The notes under the pieces are model-generated. The model did not search any database, was not told where the DNA came from, and saw only the letters and a list, made by a program, of their open reading frames with translations. A stretch of DNA of 64,000 nucleotides, taken from contig CAXXFV010000003.1 of assembly GCA_963674595.2 (NCBI GenBank), positions 128,001 to 192,000 of the forward strand, given 5' to 3'. The stretch is from a bacterium. GTDB lineage: Bacteria > Zhuqueibacterota > Zhuqueibacteria > Residuimicrobiales > Krinioviventaceae. Positions 38,013 through 47,518 of the stretch are shown here, in pieces (the first letter of the stretch is position 1; each line of letters opens with the position of its first letter). The position numbers were made by a program, and so were the translations under genes.

Positions 38013-38961
38013 ATTTTAATACGTCCCGGGTTGTTTTAAAATGCAATTTTGCAACCTCTTGCAGATGATCTTTACCATATTTTTTCACAAACCTCCTCGC
38101 AGCACCCAGCACCGTCGTCGCCCCTTTTGGCAATTCTATTTGAAAGGTTTCCGACAGTTTTTTCATCTCCACCAAATACCTGGCCCTGGCCAATATCGAG
38201 GCGGCCGCAACAGCAATATTTTGCTCTCCCTGAAACTGCTGGATCACATGAAACTGTTTATCATGACCTGACAATACATCACTTATAACATGCTCCCCGG
38301 CAAAACGGTCCAGGAAAATATTTCGGCAGCCAGTGCGTTTACTTACCTGGGAAAACGTCTGTACATGAAGCCAGGCCAAAAGTCCGTTAAGATTTTTTCT
38401 ATTATCACTAAATTCTTTATATTTGGTATTGTATTCCGGCGGCGTAAGAACCGTAACTTTATAATTGTTTTTAACGATTTTTAAAATAGCCGACGCCGTT
38501 TCCACAATCCTGTTGTCGGTCAACGCTTTACTGTCCCGAACACCTGCTGCCTGCAAAGCATGGCTGGTCTGTTCATCCACAAAAACAGCCGCACACACCA
38601 ACGGACCAAAATAGTCACCCTTACCGGACTCGTCGCAGCCGATTACCGGAAAATCCACATCATAAACTGTTTTTTCCTTTTCTCCGACTATTATCTGCTC
38701 GATTTTTTGGGCCTGTACATTGCTCTTTAATTGCGAATAATCATATTTGATTACGCCTTTTTTATTTTGATATATCCGCAAAACACCACTCCACCCTGCC
38801 TGCGAAACCAGAAATTGTATTCCAAAATTTATCGTTTTTAATTCACCAACGTTATATTCCGACTGTTGTAACTTTTCTCTAATTGTTTGGTAAAGCTGTT
38901 GTAACGGCAAAATGTCTCCTGTTTGTTTAAACTGAGAGGTACGATTTAAAACCTGCCTCAT
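38011..38961 (-). CDS. rnhC: Ribonuclease HIII
   Basis: IGCDESGKGDYFGPL, VRDSK, VAAASILAR, AKLHFKT; start codon uncertain. Confidence 0.9.
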   Translation of the reverse strand: MRQVLNRTSQFKQTGDILPLQQLYQTIREKLQQSEYNVGELKTINFGIQFLVSQAGWSGVLRIYQNKKGVIKYDYSQLKSNVQAQKIEQIIVGEKEKTVYDVDFPVIGCDESGKGDYFGPLVCAAVFVDEQTSHALQAAGVRDSKALTDNRIVETASAILKIVKNNYKVTVLTPPEYNTKYKEFSDNRKNLNGLLAWLHVQTFSQVSKRTGCRNIFLDRFAGEHVISDVLSGHDKQFHVIQQFQGEQNIAVAAASILARARYLVEMKKLSETFQIELPKGATTVLGAARRFVKKYGKDHLQEVAKLHFKTTRDVLK

Positions 38962-39089
38962 TTTTATTGAAACCATACATTGTATGGAATTTTTAACAAA
39001 CACACAATATGAAAATTGTTGATTAATTAAATTGAAAACAGAACATATAAAAACTATTATGAATAAATTTTCACTTTTTTCAAAAAAGG

Positions 39090-39107
39090 CTTGCACAGGT
39101 TTTATAT
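39090..39107 (+). repeat. 18-bp dispersed direct repeat, copy 1 (inside TTGCAC-17-TACAAT promoter)
   Basis: CTTGCACAGGTTTTATAT. Confidence 0.75.
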
Positions 39108-39489
39108 ATTTCGTACAATTGTCTATCGGTTAAAAGATAAATGGTTGGGATAATCGGAAGTTTGCGGGTATTCCTGTAACACATCTTTAATTGATTTTCC
39201 ACAAAACAAAAAATTGGGATTAAAATTTTTCAGGTAAAATTTACTTTGGCCATACCTATATTCTGTTAGTGTTTTATATAAACAACCTAGTGAGGTAAAT
39301 TATATCCGATGGTATAATATTAACAACCATCAATATTTATATACCATGATGATTATTGCTCAAAATACAATTTTAATTAGAGTCTGGAATTACACCGTTT
39401 GAAAAATTGAAAATATTAATTAATACTTGAGAAAAGTTAATATTTAATCATTGCCACTACAAACAACTCTAACATTGGGAGGAAATTCT

Positions 39490-41859
39490 ATGAAAAAACT
39501 GCTGGCAATCTTTATTTTACTTTGCACGATTAGTTCATTTGCCCAAAGTAAAAAAGAAATCGAACAGGCAGCTCGAAAGCAAAAACAGGAACACTTGATT
39601 GAACGTTTGGGGAACCCTGCATTTTCTGATTTTCAATTCTCACAAATACAAAACAAAACGTTAAAACCAGTCGCTTCATCCAGTTTATACAAAAGCAACA
39701 CAACAAATGATGCCGGGCTCGTTTTTGTCACTTCAACGGGAGCTGTTATTTGGGAAAATAATACTTATGTATTCAGACTCCCACCGGAAGGTGATCCGGA
39801 AGTTGATGCCGGCCCACTCGTATTCACTGGTTACTTTTCAGATATGACTGAACACAAAAAAGCATTATATGCTACAAGAAGCAGTGGTATTTATAAAAGT
39901 ACTAACGATGGACTTTCCTGGGAACAGGTATTTGATGAATGGGTCACCAGCATTTGTTCAGATTCCACGGGTATAATCGCCGGTGGATGGGATGGCCAGC
40001 TATGGCACTCTATTGATGAAGGTAATTCATGGAACATAATGAACCAAAGTATAATTAATTTAGGCTATGATGGTGCAGTGTTTGATGTCGCCATTCGAAA
40101 CAATATCTTTCTCTATGAACCATTACTTGATTATGTTATGGTTACTACTGATAGTGGAGCAACATGGGATTCGTTAAACACAAGTAGCGGTTTTTTATGG
40201 AACGCAGATAACTCAGTGTATGGAAATGAAACTCATATATATACGGATTTATCTTTAGACGATTTACCAACTGTACGTACACTCAACGGTACCAATTTTA
40301 CAACTTTTGGAATACCCGATCTAGGTTCAATCATGTTTGATTTTTTTCGTGACAACCAAATAACCGCCATAAGTAGGGGAATGTTTGGTGGATTTTACTT
40401 TGAAGCTGCGAGTGACCCGGGTTGGAAACATCTAACAAATGCCGATGATCTTGATCTTCAAAGTTTCGCAGTTCGTCAAGATGGAACGATATTCTTTGCA
40501 GCAGGGGAAAATGGTGTACTGTTTATAAAGGAGTTGTTTGAACCCCTTAGTAAATTAACAACAATAACCGTTGAACCGCAAAATCCATCACTCGTTATAA
40601 ATCAACCCCAACAGTTCACAGCCAAAGCTTATGATCAACTGGGCGATGAGATGCCGGATGTTACATTCACTTGGGCCGTAACAGAAGGCGTTGGTGCAAT
40701 TAACGCCACCGGTGGATTTGTTTCCAACCAGGCAGGCAGCTTTACGGTGTCTGCTTCTGCCGAAGGAATTTCCGGTACGGCAACTGGAAACGTTTTCGCA
40801 CAAGATCAACTGAGCAACATAATTGTTGAGCCGCAAAATCCTGAGCTGGTTGTAGGTCAGACCCAACAGTTCACGGCAACAGGCTATAATGCTGTAGGCA
40901 ACCAGATACCGGATATCACTTTTACCTGGTCTGTAACAAATGGAGTGGGTGCGGTCAGTTCAACAGGTGAATATATCTCAAACCAGACAGGAAGTTTTAC
41001 AGTGTCCGCTTCTGCTCAGGGAATAACCGGCACATCGATCGGCAATGTCGCTGCTTATGGACAATTAAACAGCATTACCGTTGAACCGCAAAATTCGGAA
41101 CTGGTTGTGGGCAAGACACAACAATTTTCAGCAACAGGTTATGATATTCAGGGTAATCAAATACCGGGACTAACATTTACATGGGCTGTAACGAACGGTG
41201 TGGGTGCCATTAGTTCCACAGGTGAATATTTTTCAAACCAGACGGGAAGTTTTACAGTGTCTGCTTCTGCTCAAGGAATTAACGGCACAGCGACCGGCAA
41301 TGTCGCTGCTTATGGACAATTAAACAGCATTACTGTTGAACCACAGAATATTGATTTAACTGTCGGTCAGAATCAACAATTCACAGCCACAGGTTATGAT
41401 GAGCAGAATAATACTGTTCCCATAGCGGTCACATGGTCAGCCACGGGTGGAACTATTACACAAAGCGGTGTATATACGGCAGGAACAGAAGTAGGTGATA
41501 ATTTTTCAGTCACCGCTACTTTGAACGAAATCTCCGGGACCGCCACTGTTAACATTTCCAATAGCTCTAATGTCATGGTTACGGGTAATGTCCCGGAAGA
41601 ATTTAAATTATTCCAAAACTATCCGAATCCTTTTAATCCGGTTACAGCTATAAACTTTAATGTTAAAGAAACATGTAATGTAACGCTCAAAGTTGTAGAC
41701 CTTCTTGGACAAGAAGTTGCTGTTCTCACCAACAGGCAGTATACACAAGGCATGTACAAAATTCTGTTTGATGCCCATGAATTACCTTCCGGACAATATT
41801 TTTATGTCATAAACATGGGTGAGTATTTTCAGGCAAAAGTAATGACACTCTTGAAATAA
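39490..41859 (+). CDS. Secreted protein: BNR/Asp-box propeller-like region, four Ig-like repeats and C-terminal sorting domain
   Basis: STNDGLSW, SIDEGNSW, TTDSGATW; four ITVEPQN...QQFTA.GYD repeats; QNYPNPFNP; GGGAGG before ATG 39490. Confidence 0.8.
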   Translation: MKKLLAIFILLCTISSFAQSKKEIEQAARKQKQEHLIERLGNPAFSDFQFSQIQNKTLKPVASSSLYKSNTTNDAGLVFVTSTGAVIWENNTYVFRLPPEGDPEVDAGPLVFTGYFSDMTEHKKALYATRSSGIYKSTNDGLSWEQVFDEWVTSICSDSTGIIAGGWDGQLWHSIDEGNSWNIMNQSIINLGYDGAVFDVAIRNNIFLYEPLLDYVMVTTDSGATWDSLNTSSGFLWNADNSVYGNETHIYTDLSLDDLPTVRTLNGTNFTTFGIPDLGSIMFDFFRDNQITAISRGMFGGFYFEAASDPGWKHLTNADDLDLQSFAVRQDGTIFFAAGENGVLFIKELFEPLSKLTTITVEPQNPSLVINQPQQFTAKAYDQLGDEMPDVTFTWAVTEGVGAINATGGFVSNQAGSFTVSASAEGISGTATGNVFAQDQLSNIIVEPQNPELVVGQTQQFTATGYNAVGNQIPDITFTWSVTNGVGAVSSTGEYISNQTGSFTVSASAQGITGTSIGNVAAYGQLNSITVEPQNSELVVGKTQQFSATGYDIQGNQIPGLTFTWAVTNGVGAISSTGEYFSNQTGSFTVSASAQGINGTATGNVAAYGQLNSITVEPQNIDLTVGQNQQFTATGYDEQNNTVPIAVTWSATGGTITQSGVYTAGTEVGDNFSVTATLNEISGTATVNISNSSNVMVTGNVPEEFKLFQNYPNPFNPVTAINFNVKETCNVTLKVVDLLGQEVAVLTNRQYTQGMYKILFDAHELPSGQYFYVINMGEYFQAKVMTLLK
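40555..41557 (+). repeat. Four tandem intragenic Ig-like repeats (about 258 bp each)
   Basis: Repeated gttgaaccgcaaaat starts; repeats 2 and 3 are close in DNA sequence. Confidence 0.8.
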
Positions 41860-41880
41860 AATTATAATCTATTTGCCGGT

Positions 41881-41914
41881 AATAAAGGGCACTGTTATAT
41901 CAGTGCCCTTTATT
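41881..41914 (+). terminator. Terminator hairpin
   Basis: aataaagggcactg-ttatat-cagtgccctttatt. Confidence 0.75.
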
Positions 41915-41946
41915 TAACTCTGCACTCCCCAAATAAGATAATAATT

Positions 41947-42537
41947 ATGAAAAAAAATAAAGTCTCCTGTTTAATCATACTTTTACTGGTCCTGATAAAA
42001 CCTCCTTTTGTTCTTTCTGACGAAAACCAAACCGCACCCATCAAAGAATGTTTTCGGATTACTATGAGCGGTGGGCGTTGTTCTCGTTATACTGCTGCTT
42101 TGCCGGTCTTCCATTTAGCCTATCAGGAAAATAATGATCTTTACTCTTTTAGAGTATTATTAGCCAATGTGTTTGCTTTTGTAGGACCTTCGGTACAAGA
42201 TCATGTTTATGAAATGAGCATATTATACGGTAAAGTTTTAACAGAAGGGAAAATAATAAAAAACAAAGACGGGGCCTATATTTCAGGATTTGTTTCCGCT
42301 TCTACCGGGATCAGTGCGATTAAGGGTATTAATAAAGGAAAATTACTGGATGTGCACGATTCTGAATACTCTGTATATGAAGAACTGAAATTCAAGGGTA
42401 TCGGAATACCGCTCGATATGCAGTTCTTTTTAGCAACTCCCTATTTTGGTTATGGAGTTATACTGTTTGCAAATATTAATACCAACCATTCCTTTTATGG
42501 ATTTTTAATCGGCATACAAATCGGCAAATTGCGCTGA
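41947..42537 (+). CDS. Hypothetical exported beta-strand-rich protein
   Basis: Signal peptide; alternating beta pattern ending GIQIGKLR. Confidence 0.6.
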   Translation: MKKNKVSCLIILLLVLIKPPFVLSDENQTAPIKECFRITMSGGRCSRYTAALPVFHLAYQENNDLYSFRVLLANVFAFVGPSVQDHVYEMSILYGKVLTEGKIIKNKDGAYISGFVSASTGISAIKGINKGKLLDVHDSEYSVYEELKFKGIGIPLDMQFFLATPYFGYGVILFANINTNHSFYGFLIGIQIGKLR

Positions 42538-42627
42538 TTGGAATATATCCCCCATTAAAGGATTATTACTCACCTTAACATTCTGCAAGCTAACACAAAC
42601 AAAACATTATTACTTTACTAAAAACAT

Positions 42628-42645
42628 CTTGCACAGGTTTTATAT
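42628..42645 (+). repeat. 18-bp dispersed direct repeat, copy 2 (lacks the downstream -10)
   Basis: CTTGCACAGGTTTTATAT, identical to copy 1. Confidence 0.75.
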
Positions 42646-42783
42646 GTAAACATGTTCATTCCAAATAGTACTTGCATTGCAAAGATGGATCACTTAATTT
42701 ATAGCCTGCCTGATTGCCTGGTACACCAGATGAAACGATATTATAATTGTCAAACATATTTAAATTAATTAAAATAATCATCC

Positions 42784-43914
42784 ATGCAGACGATCTTTAC
42801 AATTGGTATTTTTCTTTCATTTTTTCTTGCCCTCTTGCTTGCAACAAAAAAACAAAAAACTTTGCCGGATAAAATTCTTGTTGCCTGGTTGTGCATTATT
42901 GGCATCCATTTAACAAGTTATTACCTCTATTCGCTTGGATATTGGACTAAATACCCGCACCTTGTCGGCATTACGTTGCCGGTTCCCTTGCTTCACGGCC
43001 CAATGCTGTTTTTATATACCCTTTATTCCCTGAGAAATGATAAAAATTTAAGAGAAATCGATTACCTCCATTTTGCACCGGCCCTTTTATCCTGGCTCTA
43101 TATGTGCCGATTTTACTTTTTTTATTCAGCGGAACAAAAAAGAATGGTAGATGAAGGCCTGATCGACGATTTTGCCGTTTTTTCCACAATTGCTTTGATA
43201 ACTTTTATTGTGTCAGGATTGGTTTATCCGCTTTTAGCCTACAGACATGTCGGCAAATACAAGCGGCTGATTGATGATAATTTCTCCTATGACAACCGAA
43301 TCAGCCTCAACTGGTTAAAATATTGTATCTGGGGAATAGGTATTATTTATTTAACAGCAGCTGTTATTTCAATTTTAAAAGATGGATTTGGTCTAAATTT
43401 TCCTTTTAATGCTGATTTCATTTTTTATATCATTATCGTAATTTTTGTTTTCTGTATCGGCTTTTTTGGAATACGTCACCAGGGTGTTTTTAATGATAAT
43501 ACGATTGATCCTTCCATGGAAATGGTACAGGAAAAGCCGTCCGGAGAATATAAAAAATCAGGGCTCAAACAGGATGTAGCAGAAAAGGTCCACCAAAAGC
43601 TGCAAAACATAATGGAAACTGAAAAACCCTATATCAATCCCAGGTTGACATTAAACGATCTTGCAAGCAGCGTGGATGTCTCACCCAATCATCTTTCCCA
43701 GATAATAAATCAGTATGAAAAAGTAAATTTTCATGATTTTGTCAACACGTATAGAATAGAAGAATTTATTAGAAACGCCTCTGCCAACAAAAATTTCAGC
43801 ATCCTCGCCCTTGCTCTTGATGCCGGTTTTAACTCAAAATCTTCATTTAATAATGTATTTAAAAAACACAAAGGCATCGCCCCTTCGAAATATATGGCAC
43901 AATTACCCAATTAA
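42784..43914 (+). CDS. Membrane-anchored AraC family regulator
   Basis: About 7 TM N-terminus; YKKSGL, HLSQIIN, NFHDFVNTYR, GFNSKSSFN. Confidence 0.9.
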   Translation: MQTIFTIGIFLSFFLALLLATKKQKTLPDKILVAWLCIIGIHLTSYYLYSLGYWTKYPHLVGITLPVPLLHGPMLFLYTLYSLRNDKNLREIDYLHFAPALLSWLYMCRFYFFYSAEQKRMVDEGLIDDFAVFSTIALITFIVSGLVYPLLAYRHVGKYKRLIDDNFSYDNRISLNWLKYCIWGIGIIYLTAAVISILKDGFGLNFPFNADFIFYIIIVIFVFCIGFFGIRHQGVFNDNTIDPSMEMVQEKPSGEYKKSGLKQDVAEKVHQKLQNIMETEKPYINPRLTLNDLASSVDVSPNHLSQIINQYEKVNFHDFVNTYRIEEFIRNASANKNFSILALALDAGFNSKSSFNNVFKKHKGIAPSKYMAQLPN

Positions 43915-44088
43915 GCCAAATAACCGCATTTTACTCAACATTCCAGCTATTTCTTTCAAAAAATTTCAATAAAAAGTACATTCCTACAGGCCTGCACCTC
44001 TAAATTGTCCAATCCCTCACGATTGGGCGATGGACTCCTTTTTTTTATCTATATTTGCTCAACAATTTTATGAACAAAAGGAGTCATT

Positions 44089-44904
44089 ATGATTATTAAA
44101 AAATATCAACACACATTTATCTTTTATGCTTTATCCACTATCCTGCCCTGGGCGTTTTGGTTTACAGCCGGATATACAAGCCAGATCACCCCAAGTAATC
44201 ATTCACTGGTTTTGGGTACAAGCATATTATCATTTTTGGGCTTAATATCGCCCAATATCGTGGCGTTCTTTTTAATCTTTTCAAATAAAGAACTATGCCT
44301 TGATGTGTTCGCCCGTTTTTTCAATTTTAAAGGGACAAAAATCAAATACTGGTTTACAGCGTGCTTTTTAATGTTGGTCAGTATTCTGCTGGCACAGGCC
44401 GTTTCATTAATATTTGGATACAGCGCGGACCAGTTTAAACCGGCCGGATCATTTTCATTTACGTCCGGTATTTTTCCTGTTTGGTTTTTATTACTCGCAG
44501 CACCATTTTTCGAAGAGCTGGCCTGGCACTCTTATGGAACAGATTGCCTGCGTTCAAAATTCAGTCTGTTTACATCCTCCATGCTGTTTGCATTTTATTG
44601 GGGTATGTGGCACATGCCGCTTTCTTTTATCCAAGATTATTACCACAGCAATGTGCTTGAATCAGGAATTATTTACTCGTTAAATTTTATACTTAGCCTG
44701 TTTCCCTTTGTTCTCATTATGAACTGGCTGTACTATAAAACTAACAGAAATATTTTGATAGCAATAATATTTCATATCACAGCCGGGTATTTTAATGAAA
44801 TTTTCTGTACACATCCCATGAGTAAAGTGATTCAAACCGTATTACTCTGCTTTTTCACTATCTATATAGTTTTGAATGAAAAAGATTTTTTCTTTCAAAA
44901 ATAA
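44089..44904 (+). CDS. CPBP (CAAX/Abi) intramembrane metalloprotease
   Basis: EELAWHSY, WGMWH, AIIFH...N. Confidence 0.85.
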   Translation: MIIKKYQHTFIFYALSTILPWAFWFTAGYTSQITPSNHSLVLGTSILSFLGLISPNIVAFFLIFSNKELCLDVFARFFNFKGTKIKYWFTACFLMLVSILLAQAVSLIFGYSADQFKPAGSFSFTSGIFPVWFLLLAAPFFEELAWHSYGTDCLRSKFSLFTSSMLFAFYWGMWHMPLSFIQDYYHSNVLESGIIYSLNFILSLFPFVLIMNWLYYKTNRNILIAIIFHITAGYFNEIFCTHPMSKVIQTVLLCFFTIYIVLNEKDFFFQK

Positions 44905-44933
44905 CATACAATATAATAAAGGAACATAACATC

Positions 44934-47267
44934 ATGAAAACACTTAAAATCACATTGATTATACTTATTTCATATTCTATATCTTTTTCACAATCAATAA
45001 CTCAATCTATAACGGGAAAAATATTTGATAATTTAACCAGGGAACCTCTGCCGTTTGCAAATATTGTAGTTTTGGATACGGATCCTCTTATTGGAACGAC
45101 TTCTGATTTGGAAGGTAATTTTATTATAAAAAAAATCCCGGTAGGACGGCATAACATCAAAGTTACCATGATGGGTTATGAAAGCCGTCTGTTAAACGAA
45201 CTTTTAATAAGCACAGGACAGCAACCGGTATTAAACATCGGCCTGCAGCAAACAGTTCTCAATATGGATCAAGTTGTTGTTCGAGTCAACAAGGATGTGC
45301 CCGTAAATACAATGACAACCGTGAGTGGTCGGCAATTTACAGTCGAAGAAACCCAGCGCTATGCCGGAGGTCTGGATGATCCGGCGCGTTTGGCGTCATC
45401 GTTTGCCGGAGTTGCAACGCCGTCGGTTAGCAGCAATGGAATTTCTGTTCGCGGTAATAACCCGGAAGGATTACTTTGGCGAATTGAAGGTGTTGAGGCA
45501 CCCAACCCAAACCATTTTGCCGATTTAACAGTTGTCGGTGGTGGTTTGTTAACTGCTATAAGCAATCAAATAATGGGCAATAGTGATTTCTTTACCGGTG
45601 CTTTTCCTGCAGAATTTGGAAACGCAACATCAGGTGTTTTTGACATTAACCTGAAAACAGGAAATTCTAATAAACGTGAATACACCTTGCAGGCCGGTGT
45701 CATCGGTGTTGATTTTTCAACACAGGGTCCGTTTGTCCAGGGGAAAGAAGCCTCATACCTGATGAATTACCGATATTCAACAATGGCGCTTGTTTCACCT
45801 CTTTTACCAAACGATACCGGTATTTTAAAATATCAGGACCTGGCATTTAAAACAAATTTTCCGACAGAAAATTCAGGTACATTTTCTTTTTGGGGAGTCG
45901 GTGCCCTGGACGGCCAGGAAATGGACGCTGCCGATAGTCTCGACTGGAAAGCCAATTTTGACAGGGATAACTCTAAAACATCGTTGTACATGTTTGCTAC
46001 GGGCTTGACGCATAAAATGGCTCTAAACTCGAGTACTTTTCTTAATACAACATTGTCCGCCACAGGCAATGGATTAAACCACGAGGAACAGCGATTGAAT
46101 TATCAGTTACAGCCACGGCCACAATCTTTTGTAGATAATGATACATGGCGCATGTCTATCCAGTCAAGTCTTGGAAGACGTTTTAACAAAAAACACAACA
46201 ACCAAACCGGATTTTGTTTTAGTCACCTGGGATACAATGTAGAGATAGAACAATCTCAAACCGAAGGCGCTGCTCCAATTTCAACTGCAAAACAAAAAGG
46301 CAAATCCGGTTTATGGCAGTTTTACACACAATCAAAAATATCTCTCACGTCCCATTTATCTTTAAACCTGGGCCTGCACTCACAGTATTTCCTTTTGAAC
46401 AAAAAACATTCGATAGAACCACGTATCGGCGTTAAATATCATCTTAACGACAAGCACAGTCTGGCTTTTGCTTATGGTTTGCACAGCCGCATTGAACGTC
46501 TGCCTGTATATTTTGTAGATATGGACGGTATGAATCCAAACAAAAACCTGGACCTGCTAAAGTCTGCCCACTATGTTTTTGCCTATGATGTAAAACTTGG
46601 TGAACATTTGAGATGGCGGGTAGAACCTTATTACCAGCACCTCTACAATATTCCGGTTTCACCTGACAGCTATATCTCAACAATCAACATTGAAAATGAT
46701 GTCTTTTTTGACCACGAACTTGTCAGCAAGGGCAAAGGCCGAAATATAGGACTTGATATGACGTTTGAACAATTCCTATACAAGGGCTTTTATTATCTGG
46801 TAACGGCATCGGTTTTTGATTCAAAATATACGGATGCTAAAGGGATAACACGAAACACCCGTTTTAATAAAAACTATGTTCTGAATGTGCTTGCCGGCAA
46901 AGAGTGGACTGTCGGAAAAAACAAAAACAATATTCTGGGCGCCAATATTCGCATCAATTACATGGGTGGAAACCGTAAAGAGGCTATTGACACGGATGCT
47001 TCTTTAAACGATAAGGACATTGTATATGGAGAATCCGATGGCAACAAAGCCTTTAGCGACTGCCACTCTGCAACACCGATAATTTCTTTTTCTATCTCAT
47101 ACAGGAAAAATAAACCAAACTATTCATCGGTATGGGCATTGCAAATTCTAAATATGACAGGCGCCAAAGAATTCTCGAATGATTATTACAACATTAAAAC
47201 AGGTAAAATTGAAACAAAATACGAAGGTATTATGGTGCCGAACCTGAGTTATAAGGTTGAGTTTTAA
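44934..47267 (+). CDS. TonB-dependent receptor with N-terminal carboxypeptidase-regulatory-like domain
   Basis: EPLPFANI, DPARLASSFAGV, VRGN, PNPNHF, GAFPAEFGNA; terminal F. Confidence 0.88.
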   Translation: MKTLKITLIILISYSISFSQSITQSITGKIFDNLTREPLPFANIVVLDTDPLIGTTSDLEGNFIIKKIPVGRHNIKVTMMGYESRLLNELLISTGQQPVLNIGLQQTVLNMDQVVVRVNKDVPVNTMTTVSGRQFTVEETQRYAGGLDDPARLASSFAGVATPSVSSNGISVRGNNPEGLLWRIEGVEAPNPNHFADLTVVGGGLLTAISNQIMGNSDFFTGAFPAEFGNATSGVFDINLKTGNSNKREYTLQAGVIGVDFSTQGPFVQGKEASYLMNYRYSTMALVSPLLPNDTGILKYQDLAFKTNFPTENSGTFSFWGVGALDGQEMDAADSLDWKANFDRDNSKTSLYMFATGLTHKMALNSSTFLNTTLSATGNGLNHEEQRLNYQLQPRPQSFVDNDTWRMSIQSSLGRRFNKKHNNQTGFCFSHLGYNVEIEQSQTEGAAPISTAKQKGKSGLWQFYTQSKISLTSHLSLNLGLHSQYFLLNKKHSIEPRIGVKYHLNDKHSLAFAYGLHSRIERLPVYFVDMDGMNPNKNLDLLKSAHYVFAYDVKLGEHLRWRVEPYYQHLYNIPVSPDSYISTINIENDVFFDHELVSKGKGRNIGLDMTFEQFLYKGFYYLVTASVFDSKYTDAKGITRNTRFNKNYVLNVLAGKEWTVGKNKNNILGANIRINYMGGNRKEAIDTDASLNDKDIVYGESDGNKAFSDCHSATPIISFSISYRKNKPNYSSVWALQILNMTGAKEFSNDYYNIKTGKIETKYEGIMVPNLSYKVEF

Positions 47268-47286
47268 AAATTGAAATAAAATAAAA

Positions 47287-47359
47287 GGACCATAGGGGCA
47301 GACCTGTGATTGCGCCCGAAAGCAGATCAAGCCACAGGATTAATTGCCCCTATGGGTCC
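47287..47359. repeat. REP-like inverted repeat
   Basis: ccataggggca...tgcccctatgg, resembling GTAGGGGC-type REPs. Confidence 0.5.
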
Positions 47360-47432
47360 GCCATTAACCGGATTGATAACCGGCTACATCTTTTTTTTGT
47401 TAAAATCCTTACCCAATTAATGGTAAAAACAC

Positions 47433-47450
47433 CTTGCACTGGTTTTATAT
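47433..47450 (+). repeat. 18-bp dispersed direct repeat, copy 3 (inside TTGCAC-17-TATTAT promoter)
   Basis: CTTGCACTGGTTTTATAT, one mismatch to copies 1 and 2. Confidence 0.75.
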
Positions 47451-47518
47451 AATTTGTATTATTTGTCTGGCACTCCTAAAAGATTGTTTCTCTTGTTATT
47501 TTAAATTTAAGGCAATTT

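Noticed and set aside
40555-41557. CRISPR-like or DGR repeats
   Set aside because: They are in-frame Ig-domain repeats with no spacers, no obvious adenine-specific variation and no reverse transcriptase
39090-47450. Integron attC array
   Set aside because: Repeats are direct, non-palindromic, lack RYYYAAC/GTTRRRY ends, and no intI is present
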